From: Promethearchaeota archaeon
GTDB lineage: Archaea; Asgardarchaeota; Lokiarchaeia; Sigyniarchaeales; SOKP01
Direction: 5' to 3'
Assembly (NCBI GenBank): GCA_004524535.1
Contig: SDNY01000068.1
Span: forward strand, 1 to 19,382
DNA: 19,382 bases
Shown in pieces: positions 9,083 through 17,798 of this stretch (position 1 is the first letter of the stretch; each line of letters starts with the position of its first letter). Below the pieces are notes generated by a model that was given only the letters and a program-made list of their open reading frames with translations, had not been told where the DNA came from and ran no database searches. Made by a program: the position numbers and the translations under genes.

Positions 9083-9153
9083 AATTCCATCCTGAATCCA
9101 TTAAAATGAAGTCCCATGGAATGCAAATCCTGAAAAATTTTTTACACTTATAA
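9083..9153 (+). repeat. trpG 3'-end direct repeat R5 (short)
   Basis: Translates to FHPESIKMKSHGMQILKNFLHL* and matches 894-964. Confidence 0.92.
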
Positions 9154-9210
9154 TTTAAGGGAGATAAGAAATTATAAAAATTAGTTTGATTATTTAGATA
9201 ATGAGAAAAT

Positions 9211-9411
9211 ATGACTTCAAACCTTAAGGAAGAGATTATAGACCTCATAAGAAAATTACCAGAAGATGCCACTATTGATGATATTATGTATCATCTTTAT
9301 GTTAAAAAAAAGATATTAGCAGGTCTTAAAGATATTGAGCAAGGGAAAGTCGTTCCTCATGAAAAAGTCATGGAGAATGCCAAAGCGAGATTGGAACAAT
9401 GGTTGAAATAG
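9211..9411 (+). CDS. Putative antitoxin of a RelE/ParE pair
   Basis: LKEEIIDLIRKLPEDATIDDIMYHLYV..KI..GL.DIEQGKVVPHE...WLK. 13-bp overlap with the toxin. Confidence 0.82.
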   Translation: MTSNLKEEIIDLIRKLPEDATIDDIMYHLYVKKKILAGLKDIEQGKVVPHEKVMENAKARLEQWLK

Positions 9412-9683
9412 AATGGTCAACGACAGCTCAAAATGATCTGAATGATATTATAGATTATATCGCACAAGATTCGCTTGAATTTGCTCTTTCGTTTTATGAT
9501 CAAGTAAAAGAGAAACTTGAAAATCTAACTGAATTTCCAAATATGGGAAGGAAAGTCCCAGAGCTCGATGATCCTAATATTCGAGAACTTATTTTTAGAA
9601 ATTATCGTCTTATTTATCGTATCATGGGAGATAAGATTCAGATCGTTAGAGTTTTCCATGGTTCAAGAATTTTAGAATTTTAA
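9399..9683 (+). CDS. Type II toxin, RelE/ParE family
   Basis: 94 aa: MVEIEWSTTAQNDL..IIDYIAQDS, FPNMGRKVPE, RELIFRNYRLIY, VFHGSR. Confidence 0.9.
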   Translation: MVEIEWSTTAQNDLNDIIDYIAQDSLEFALSFYDQVKEKLENLTEFPNMGRKVPELDDPNIRELIFRNYRLIYRIMGDKIQIVRVFHGSRILEF

Positions 9684-9702
9684 ACTAAATATCATCAAGA
9701 TT

Positions 9703-9773
9703 AATTCCATTCCGAATCCATCAAAATAAAGCCCCACGGTATGCAGATAATAAAAAATTTCTTAGAATTATAG
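9703..9773 (+). repeat. trpG 3'-end direct repeat R6 (short)
   Basis: Translates to FHSESIKIKPHGMQIIKNFLEL* (TAG) and matches 894-964. Confidence 0.9.
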
Positions 9774-9881
9774 GAAAAATAAAAATCACTAGTGATGGAA
9801 ATTTTGCGGTAGACATCTTTTCTACTTTTTATGGTTTATCAGATAAATAATCATCCATAGATTTTATTATTAAAAACATAT

Positions 9882-10463
9882 TCAAATTTCAAACAATAGG
9901 TATATCGAGTTATCTTTTATCCTTTCACTTACAAGTTTATATTTATAAGGTTTTAAGAGTTTTGAAAATATAAGTTTTAAATATTGCGAAAATTTAATAT
10001 TGAGACTGTGTGTTCCTGTAAAAGTTATTATTTCTTTTTGGATTGAATAATTAAAATCAATCAGCCAGTTTTGACCATTATAGGACAAAGCCAAATCCAT
10101 GATTGGAAGGATATTCTTTATTTTTAAATCCAGTGGATCAATATCTTCATTGCCCATTTGCTCAAAATATTTTTTAATTCCTCTGAGAGCAGATTTATAT
10201 CCATTTTCAGAGAGCTCCTCAATTTCTTCTTCACTGAGATTATCTAATAAATAAGAAAAGTCTTCCTTAGTAATGATAATCGATGGATCAAGAAAACCAC
10301 TGTCAGTTTCATCTTTATGAGCATATCTTAAATAATATCGTAGAGCTTTTCGTAATAGATCGCTATTTGAGATTCCATAAATTTCAGCATATTTTATCAT
10401 CCTTTCTTCTAAGGTCTTATCAATTCGAGTGCAGATTACTTTTTTCTCATTTTTTTCTGTCAT
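9882..10463 (-). CDS. Putative transcriptional regulator, N-terminal CopG/RHH domain plus uncharacterised C-terminal domain
   Basis: VICTRIDKTLEERMIKYAEIYGISNSDLLRKALRYYL fits the RHH pattern. Divergent from the glycyl radical operon. Confidence 0.7.
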   Translation of the reverse strand: MTEKNEKKVICTRIDKTLEERMIKYAEIYGISNSDLLRKALRYYLRYAHKDETDSGFLDPSIIITKEDFSYLLDNLSEEEIEELSENGYKSALRGIKKYFEQMGNEDIDPLDLKIKNILPIMDLALSYNGQNWLIDFNYSIQKEIITFTGTHSLNIKFSQYLKLIFSKLLKPYKYKLVSERIKDNSIYLLFEI

Positions 10464-10474
10464 TATTAAAAATA

Positions 10475-10509
10475 AAAAGGTTTATATACTGGCGTATACA
10501 CAAGTATAC
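10475..10509 (+). promoter_or_regulatory. BRE-TATA promoter with 10-bp-phased RTATAC operator-like repeats
   Basis: AAAAGG-TTTATATA at 10475-10488. ATATAC at 10484, GTATAC at 10494 and GTATAC at 10504. Confidence 0.6.
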
Positions 10510-10562
10510 ATAGATCTACTATTATTTAAACATTACTAAAAAAAATTTAAACTAATTTTCAT

Positions 10563-13175
10563 GTGGTTAATAAAATGGTAACTGAACTTAAACTTAGAGA
10601 AGATATTAAAATTCATCCTAAGAATGATAGAATCCAGCGTTTAAGAGAAAAGTATCAGACAGACATTCCAAAGATATCAATCCAACGAGCTAAATATTAC
10701 ACGGATAAATGGTTTGAAACGGAAAATAGTAACTTGTCTCTTAATGAACGCGTGGCATTATCCATGTTGCATGTATATGAAAACATGACGCATTATGTAA
10801 ATAGCGAGGATAAAATTGCTGGATATTGGACGGAATCCTTTCTGGGCGTTCCTATAGATATTGAGCGTGGTGTTTTTAATAACGTATATAAAAATGAACT
10901 CAAGAAAGGGCGAATGTTCAAGTTGAGAGTAAAATCTCTTAGTAAGACATTGGGGTTCCTCATCAGAAAACGTCAGTTGGGAAATTTTCGTCATAATATT
11001 AAAATAGTCAAGTCAATGGGCAAACAACCAACGGATCTGAGTATTACAACTATGGATAAGAGAGAAATAAATCCCTATACCATCGATAAAGAGGATCTAG
11101 AGATATTACTCAAAGATTTACTGCCAAAATGGAAGGGAAAAAGCATTATCGATATATTAGATAAAGAAATGCAGAGCTCAAACTTAATTAAGGACAGTGT
11201 GCTCGATTTCTTTTCGGCAGTACCTGCTGTCACGTCAAGACAACTTATCTTTATGTCTCTTTGTTCTAACCTTGCCACATTTCAGGGACATTTAATCCTT
11301 GATTATGAGAAGGTACTTAAAGAGGGCTTGCTCAAAATGAAGGATGACATCGAAAAAACAAAAGTTAATACCAATACTAAAGAAGAATTAGATTTTCTCA
11401 ATTCAATTTCAATTGCGGTTGATGGAATAATTGCCTATTGCAAGCGATTGAAGGAAAAGCTTGAGAACCAAATTTCTATAGAAAAAAACGCTGAGTTAAA
11501 AGAAAATCTTAAAGAAATCTTAAACATCTGCAAAAAAGTTCCGCTCCATCCTGCAAAAAGTTTTAGAGAAGCGGTTCAATCAGCTTGGACGCTTAAAGTT
11601 GCTGTAGAATTAGCTCATCCCATAAATTTAAATTGTTTTGGTCGAGTGGACCAAATATTTTATCCATATTATAAAAGAGATAAGGAGAAAGGAATTATTA
11701 GTGAAGCTGAAGCAGTGGAAATCTTTGAGGAATTACTTTTAAAATTGATGTCACTGAATATAAGGCCAGAATCAAATACGATTGCCAATTTTTACCATCG
11801 ATATCTAGGATCTACGCCAATAACTTTAGGAGGGGTCAAACCAGATGGAACTGATAGCACCAATGATCTTACATATTTATTTATTGATGCCGCAAATGGA
11901 TCAAGAGCAGTCTCGAATATTTCTGTGCGAGTTAATGAGAAAACTCCTGATGATTTGCTTTTAAAAATCGCTGAAGCATTGAATGAAGGAAGTGCAAATA
12001 TTTCAATCTACAATGACGAAGTGAACATTGAAGCCATGAAACGACGCGGTTTTAGCGAAGAAGATGCTAGAGATTATGCTATAATAGGATGCGTAGAACT
12101 TAATTGTCCGGGTAAAACAGGAGCTATGAGTGGAAATGCATTATTGTTATGTCGCTTGCTTGATATGACTCTTAGAAATGGGGATACTCAAACTTTATTT
12201 GGAATGTTAAGGGAAGCTGGGATTAAAACTGGAGATCCTAATAAATTTGAAACTTTTGAAGATTTTATGGATGCTTTCTACCAGCAAGCTAAGGACCAAA
12301 TTGAATTAATCGTTAAAGGTTCTAATTTTCGTGATGAAATTTATGCCAAGAACCAGCCCGCACCATATATATCTGCATTCATGGATGGATGCTTGCAAAA
12401 TAAAAGAGATGTTACTGAAGGAGGAGCCAAATATGACTTATCTGCTATTGGAGTCACCAATAGCATCGCGAATCTGATTGACTCCTTGTATGCTATAAAG
12501 AAGATCATCTTTGAAGATAAGTTTACCACCTTCGATGAATTATTAGATGCTTTGGATAATAATTTTGTTGGTTATGAAGATTTGCATAATCGTATAATGG
12601 AAATAGAAGGTTTTTGGGGAAACGGTAATGCGGAAGTTGATGAATTTGCTCATTCCATTTCAAAAACATTATTTGAAGAGATCTACAAACATAAGAACTA
12701 CCGAGGAGGGCCCTTTATCCCTATTCTACTTAGCATGACCACGCATACCATAGACGGCAGAATCTCTATCGCAACGCCAGATGGAAGATTAGCATCTTCA
12801 CCCTATGCGCCTAGTTGTTCTCCTTATAATGTGGAAAAGAACGGGGTGACTGGCGTTTTTCGCTCTATAGCATCTTTAGACTTTGAGAATTCATTAGGAA
12901 GTGCTGTAAACGTGAAATTCCATCCTTCAGCATTAGGTTCTGAGTTAGAAACAAGAAAGAAATGGGTATCTTTGGTAAAAACATATTTTCAGTTAGGGGG
13001 GCCGCAAGTTCAACCTACCGTGGCTTCGGCTGAAATGCTTATAGACGCACAAAAACATCCAGAAAATTATAAAGATTTAATTGTTAAAGTCGGAGGATAT
13101 AGTGCATTTTTTACGGAATTAGGTATCGAAATTCAGAATGAAGTCATTTCAAGGACCGAACATTTGAGCTGTTAA
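10563..13175 (+). CDS. Glycyl radical enzyme (PFL2/dehydratase-lyase type; substrate unknown)
   Basis: Cys loop YAIIGCVE (single Cys), GRVDQ, ATPDGR, and C-terminal AQKHPENYKDLIVKVGGYSAFF glycyl loop. Start may be GTG 10563 or ATG 10575. Confidence 0.92.
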   Translation: MVNKMVTELKLREDIKIHPKNDRIQRLREKYQTDIPKISIQRAKYYTDKWFETENSNLSLNERVALSMLHVYENMTHYVNSEDKIAGYWTESFLGVPIDIERGVFNNVYKNELKKGRMFKLRVKSLSKTLGFLIRKRQLGNFRHNIKIVKSMGKQPTDLSITTMDKREINPYTIDKEDLEILLKDLLPKWKGKSIIDILDKEMQSSNLIKDSVLDFFSAVPAVTSRQLIFMSLCSNLATFQGHLILDYEKVLKEGLLKMKDDIEKTKVNTNTKEELDFLNSISIAVDGIIAYCKRLKEKLENQISIEKNAELKENLKEILNICKKVPLHPAKSFREAVQSAWTLKVAVELAHPINLNCFGRVDQIFYPYYKRDKEKGIISEAEAVEIFEELLLKLMSLNIRPESNTIANFYHRYLGSTPITLGGVKPDGTDSTNDLTYLFIDAANGSRAVSNISVRVNEKTPDDLLLKIAEALNEGSANISIYNDEVNIEAMKRRGFSEEDARDYAIIGCVELNCPGKTGAMSGNALLLCRLLDMTLRNGDTQTLFGMLREAGIKTGDPNKFETFEDFMDAFYQQAKDQIELIVKGSNFRDEIYAKNQPAPYISAFMDGCLQNKRDVTEGGAKYDLSAIGVTNSIANLIDSLYAIKKIIFEDKFTTFDELLDALDNNFVGYEDLHNRIMEIEGFWGNGNAEVDEFAHSISKTLFEEIYKHKNYRGGPFIPILLSMTTHTIDGRISIATPDGRLASSPYAPSCSPYNVEKNGVTGVFRSIASLDFENSLGSAVNVKFHPSALGSELETRKKWVSLVKTYFQLGGPQVQPTVASAEMLIDAQKHPENYKDLIVKVGGYSAFFTELGIEIQNEVISRTEHLSC

Positions 13176-13196
13176 TTATATTAAATTAAACCACCC

Positions 13197-14105
13197 ATGA
13201 AAGGAATAATCTTCGACATCCATCAATTTGCAATATATGATGGACCAGGCATCCGCACAGTTATTTTTTTGAAGGGGTGTCCATTGTCATGCATTTGGTG
13301 CCATAATCCTGAATCACAAGATCCGGATCCTCAAATCTCATATTTTCAAGAAAAATGCATGAGATGTGGAAAATGCGTGGATTCTTGTCCCAATAAAGCA
13401 CTCACCTTGACATCTGAAGGGATTAAGAGAGATGTTAAAAACTGCAATCTTTGTGGTAACTGCATTAAAGCTTGCCCTAATAAAGTGATGGAAATAGTAG
13501 GCAAGGAATATTCGGTTGAGCAGGCGATCAAGATTGTTGCTGCAGATAAGCCTTTTTACGACAATTCTGGAGGGGGTGTGACTATTTCGGGTGGGGAACC
13601 CACGATGCAATATCCCTTTTTGGTTTCACTACTAAATAATTTAAAGCTTAAAGGCATTCAATCGGCTATTGAAACTTGCGGGTTCTTCAATGAAAAACAA
13701 CTTGATGAACTCCTGGAATTAGTGGATCTTTTTCTATTTGATATCAAACATGTTGATCCTGAAATTCATGAAAAGTTTACCAGTGTAAGAAACGATAAAA
13801 TAAAGAAAAACTTTAAGAAAATCGTAGAGAAAACAGAATCAAAGAAAATAATATGTCGTATCCCCATTATTCCAAATTTTAACAAGGATTTAGAGGTAAT
13901 TAAAGGAATCGCTGAATTTTTGAATAAAGTAAACTATTCCAATGACATCCATTTAATGCCTTATAATAAACTATCTAAAACAAAGTATGAGAAAGTAGGC
14001 ATGGGAAATTTATATAAGGATATGGGAGAACTTAGCGAGAAAGAATTACAAGAAATTAGCAATATTTTTGAAAATCAAGGGTTTAAGGTCTTAATAAATC
14101 AATAA
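13197..14105 (+). CDS. Glycyl-radical enzyme activating enzyme (radical SAM with 2x[4Fe-4S] ferredoxin insert)
   Basis: DGPGIRT..FLKGCPLSCIWCHNPES, CMRCGKCVDSCP, CNLCGNCIKACP, GGGVTISGGEP. Confidence 0.95.
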   Translation: MKGIIFDIHQFAIYDGPGIRTVIFLKGCPLSCIWCHNPESQDPDPQISYFQEKCMRCGKCVDSCPNKALTLTSEGIKRDVKNCNLCGNCIKACPNKVMEIVGKEYSVEQAIKIVAADKPFYDNSGGGVTISGGEPTMQYPFLVSLLNNLKLKGIQSAIETCGFFNEKQLDELLELVDLFLFDIKHVDPEIHEKFTSVRNDKIKKNFKKIVEKTESKKIICRIPIIPNFNKDLEVIKGIAEFLNKVNYSNDIHLMPYNKLSKTKYEKVGMGNLYKDMGELSEKELQEISNIFENQGFKVLINQ

Positions 14106-14154
14106 CCAGTATATGTAAAAAAAATAAAAACAATACAAAAAAGGAGATAAAATT

Positions 14155-15660
14155 ATGGTACATGTTCCAGGATTTTTAGTAAATAGGATATATGAAAAGG
14201 GAAGTTTACAAAATACCGAAGATGGTTTTATGCTTTCATTAAAAAATAGGATAATGTCTATAAAAACATATGGGATAAGTGCATTAAAAGTTACTTTAGA
14301 TGGAGAAATCTCAATTCCACAGGAGGATATTGAACTTGAACTCGATGGACGTATTTTTAAGGTCTCAAATGAACCTCAAAAGGAACTATTAGAATTCTCT
14401 AAAAATTCAAGACTTATATCTCGGGCAAAGGGGCATCATCTCTCAGAGGGGAAACATGTATTAAAAATAAGTTTTGTAACTCATGAATATGGAGGGGTTT
14501 CTCTTAAGATTCAAGATAACGTAGGAGAGGAAGAATATTTAACATTATGGAAGAGAATCAAGAAGCGTATTAAGAAAAAGAAGAAAAAGGTTGCTGCTAA
14601 ACCAATTATTATTGAAGGCGAGCTTGGTGGTATCCCTTTAGATCCAGATTTTTCGAGATTAGAGAAGGTTCTAAGACGAGAAATACCAGATAGAGTCCCA
14701 TTATTTGAATTTGATGTTGAAATTCCTATCAAGGAAGCATTTTTAGGGCGTGAAATTACGACTGCAGAAGATGATGTAGAATTCTATATTCGGGCAGGTT
14801 ACGATTTTGTACCCGTCATTCCACCCTTTTTTACACCAAGATCAATGTCTCAGGCTGAGGGTGAAGAAAGAAGTTGGGTAACAGAAAGCAAAGGGATTAT
14901 TAAAACTATGGAAGATTTTAAGAATTTCCCATGGCCAGATCCTGATAATGTGGACTTTTCGGGATTTTACGAAATTGCAGAGCTCTTACCACCTAAAATG
15001 AGAATTTTAGGATTACTCTCCCCAGCAGCTGTGTTTGGAAATACATCCCAATCGATGGGATTGACCAATTTCTCTTATGCCCTATTTGATAATATTGAAT
15101 TAGTTGAAGCCCTTTTCGAGAAGATCGGTTCTTCTTATTTAAGAATCGCTGAGCGACTTGTAAAGGTGCCGAAGCTAGGAGCGGTATTAATGTCAGATGA
15201 TTTAGCTCATACTGGAGGTTTATTAGTTAATCCAAAAATATACAGGAAGTATGTTTTTCCATGGTATGCTAAATTCGGGGCCATCCTTAAAAAAGCAGAT
15301 ATTCCCTTTCTTTTCCACTCTGATGGGAACTTTATGCCTGTCTTTAACGATTTATACGACTGTGGAATCAGAGGCATCCACCCTATTGAACCCCAAGCAA
15401 TGGATATTGTAAATGTAAAGCAAGAATATGGTGATAAATTCTGTATTTTCGGTAATATCGACCTTGAATACACATTAACTCGAGGAACTGTGGAGGAAGT
15501 GGTAACTCTAGTCAAAAAGAGGCTAAAAGAACTCGCTCCGGGGGGAGGTTATGGACTATCAGCTTCAAATTCCATTCCAGATTACGTTAAGCCTGAAAAT
15601 TTTAGGGCGATGGTTGAAACTGTTAAAAAATATGGTAAGTATCCAATTAATATTGAGTAA
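14155..15660 (+). CDS. Uroporphyrinogen decarboxylase/MtaA-CmuA methyltransferase family protein with extra ~125-aa N-terminal domain
   Basis: PDRVP, FPWPDP, SDDLA, FHSDGN, IHPIEP, FGNID and GGGYGLSASNSI motifs. Adjacent to a corrinoid protein. AAGGAG ribosome-binding-like sequence upstream. Confidence 0.8.
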   Translation: MVHVPGFLVNRIYEKGSLQNTEDGFMLSLKNRIMSIKTYGISALKVTLDGEISIPQEDIELELDGRIFKVSNEPQKELLEFSKNSRLISRAKGHHLSEGKHVLKISFVTHEYGGVSLKIQDNVGEEEYLTLWKRIKKRIKKKKKKVAAKPIIIEGELGGIPLDPDFSRLEKVLRREIPDRVPLFEFDVEIPIKEAFLGREITTAEDDVEFYIRAGYDFVPVIPPFFTPRSMSQAEGEERSWVTESKGIIKTMEDFKNFPWPDPDNVDFSGFYEIAELLPPKMRILGLLSPAAVFGNTSQSMGLTNFSYALFDNIELVEALFEKIGSSYLRIAERLVKVPKLGAVLMSDDLAHTGGLLVNPKIYRKYVFPWYAKFGAILKKADIPFLFHSDGNFMPVFNDLYDCGIRGIHPIEPQAMDIVNVKQEYGDKFCIFGNIDLEYTLTRGTVEEVVTLVKKRLKELAPGGGYGLSASNSIPDYVKPENFRAMVETVKKYGKYPINIE

Positions 15661-15676
15661 AAAGAGGTTAAAAAAA

Positions 15677-16300
15677 ATGGAAGAATTAAAAAAATTAGTA
15701 ATTGATGGTGATAATGTTGAAGCAGTTGATAGAATTCAAAAACTCTTAGCTGAGGGGAATGACCCAAATGATATAGTAAATAATGCTTTAATCCCTGCTA
15801 TGGATAAGGTAGGTGAATTATTCCAAAATAAGGAATATTTCATTCCAGATTTGCTAATTGCAGCAAGAGCAATGGAGGAAGGAATGGCATTTTTAAAACC
15901 ACTACTTGTTAAAGATGAGAGCTCAAAATCGCTAGGTAAGATCGTCCTTGGAACAGTTAAAGGAGATCTACACGATATTGGGAAAGCTTTGGTAGGGATT
16001 ATATTGAAAAGTGCTGGATTTGAAGTGATAGATATTGGTATTGATGTCCCTGCTGAAGAATTTATAGAGGCGATCAAGAAGCATAATCCAATTGCCTTAG
16101 GTATGTGTGCACTTCTGACAATTACAATGATTGAAATGGAAGTAGTAATTAAAGCGATAAAAGAGGCAGGATTACGAGATAACTTGAGAATATTAGTTGG
16201 GGGTGCTCCGGTAAATGATGACTATGCAAAAGAGATAGGAGCAGATTTTTACGGTCCAGACCCAACCTCAGCTAAGAATTATTTATTAGGGATAATATAA
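15677..16300 (+). CDS. Corrinoid (cobalamin-binding) protein, MtaC/MtbC-like
   Basis: Cap domain LIPAMDKVGELF..EYFIPDLL, GTVKGDLHDIGK (DxHxxG), VGGAP, IGAD. Start placed at ATG 15677 after GAGGT, not at 15551. Confidence 0.92.
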   Translation: MEELKKLVIDGDNVEAVDRIQKLLAEGNDPNDIVNNALIPAMDKVGELFQNKEYFIPDLLIAARAMEEGMAFLKPLLVKDESSKSLGKIVLGTVKGDLHDIGKALVGIILKSAGFEVIDIGIDVPAEEFIEAIKKHNPIALGMCALLTITMIEMEVVIKAIKEAGLRDNLRILVGGAPVNDDYAKEIGADFYGPDPTSAKNYLLGII

Positions 16301-16371
16301 CTAATAATAAAAAATAAATAAATATAGAATGTAAATAAAAAATAAACAAAAGAAAAAAAAGGGTTAATAAA

Positions 16372-17736
16372 ATGGAAGAGAAAAATATTAATAAGGAACA
16401 TCTTTTTTTAAAAGCCAGAATGCTTTCTGAGGGTGTAGATCTTACCAGTTCAAAGGAATTATCACCTGAGCTTTATAGGGCTTGGTCTTTAGATAAAAGT
16501 GGAAAACAAAAAGAGGTAGAGCTACCTAAGAAGCTTGACCTTGATAATCCAATGGCTCTCCTTTCTTTATTTGGAGAAATGAAAAAAGATGATACGACTG
16601 TCAATTTTAGACCAGAAATACGGTTTGATAGTACTGGACTTCGTGCACAAATACACCCAAATAAACGCTCCAGATTAGAACTTCTTATCGAAGGGGATAC
16701 TGCAAGTGTTATAGAAAAGGGAAAAACGTTAATAACAGGTAAGTTCCCAAAAAGACTTGAATGGTTAGACCAAAAGTTAGGAGGGGGAATCAACGCGACT
16801 GTTGGGGGTTTATTACCTGCAATGTCAGCTCAAGTCATTAATGTAGTGATTAGTCTATCTTGCTTTAATTATAATACGGGGCGGGGTTGTCGCTTTTGTA
16901 ATCTATTTTCAAACCCAATATCTCGGAAAATTTCTATATTGCCTATGACAATACTGAAATTATGGGCGATGGGGCAAGGAAGAGCAGTTAAAATAGCCGT
17001 TGATAATGGATGGAACGGAAGTTTTGCTCTAAGTGGTGGAGCATTAGCACCTGCCCAAAGAGGAGAGTATTTAGAGCGGCTTGAGGTGGTATTAACAACA
17101 TTGAAGAAAGCTCTGGGTGATGAGAAATTTAACCAAATACCTAAACTTTATAATCATTATCCGCCCGAAGATTTTGCAGACATGCATAAATGGAAAGAAA
17201 TGGGCATTACATCTGTTGGTATTGATTTGGAAGTAATGGATGATGCCTATTATGCTGCCATATGTCCAGGAAAAGCTGCATATAAACCTCTTTCCTATGT
17301 GAGAAAAGCTCAAGAATATTCGGTAAAGGTTTTTGGACCGCTTTTTGGCACAACAGGTTTATTAGTCATGGGTATAGAGCCTATGTCCACATTAGTGGCT
17401 GGTTATGAAGAAAGAATGTCAAAAGGAATATTGCCTATGCCTGTAGTATTTCACCCCGAACCTAATTCTGCCTATGAAGGTTTTCGTCCTCCCACCGCAG
17501 AATGGATTGTAGAGGCCTCTGATAAGATGGCTGACTCCTTTATGAAACATTTTATCAAGTGGCTCCCTGCAGCAATCGAACATGCAGAAAAATGGGATGG
17601 CTCCTTCGATTTGGAAACTGGTTTCGCTCATACGTTTAATTCACTTTCACATCAAACTATTTTATTTGATGAGATCAAGTTGCGACTCGATAAACTGCTC
17701 GATGGCCGACCTTTTTCGGCACTTATAGAGGGATAA
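16372..17736 (+). CDS. Radical SAM protein with non-canonical CX8CX2C motif
   Basis: CFNYNTGRGCRFC at 16861-16899; LSGG, IDLEV, ICPGK, VMGIEP, FHPEP. Confidence 0.75.
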   Translation: MEEKNINKEHLFLKARMLSEGVDLTSSKELSPELYRAWSLDKSGKQKEVELPKKLDLDNPMALLSLFGEMKKDDTTVNFRPEIRFDSTGLRAQIHPNKRSRLELLIEGDTASVIEKGKTLITGKFPKRLEWLDQKLGGGINATVGGLLPAMSAQVINVVISLSCFNYNTGRGCRFCNLFSNPISRKISILPMTILKLWAMGQGRAVKIAVDNGWNGSFALSGGALAPAQRGEYLERLEVVLTTLKKALGDEKFNQIPKLYNHYPPEDFADMHKWKEMGITSVGIDLEVMDDAYYAAICPGKAAYKPLSYVRKAQEYSVKVFGPLFGTTGLLVMGIEPMSTLVAGYEERMSKGILPMPVVFHPEPNSAYEGFRPPTAEWIVEASDKMADSFMKHFIKWLPAAIEHAEKWDGSFDLETGFAHTFNSLSHQTILFDEIKLRLDKLLDGRPFSALIEG

Positions 17737-17798
17737 GAAAAGTAAATAATCAATCAATCTTAGTTCTATTTTAATTTTATAATTTTTACCTAATCATT

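Noticed and set aside
9057-9272. 71-aa minus-strand ORF spanning R5
   Set aside because: Antisense to the antitoxin and the trpG repeat with no recognisable motif; a shadow ORF.
6644-9773. Short ~70-bp repeats as a CRISPR array
   Set aside because: The repeats are too long and divergent, translate to the TrpG C-terminus, and are separated by whole genes. No cas genes are present.
10563-13175. Naming the GRE as pflB, cutC or islA
   Set aside because: There is no Cys-Cys pair (so not PFL), and the substrate-determining residues cannot be verified by eye.
15551-15676. 42-aa N-terminal extension of the corrinoid protein
   Set aside because: It overlaps the upstream gene by 110 bp. ATG 15677 has a GAGGT upstream and gives a normal-sized protein.
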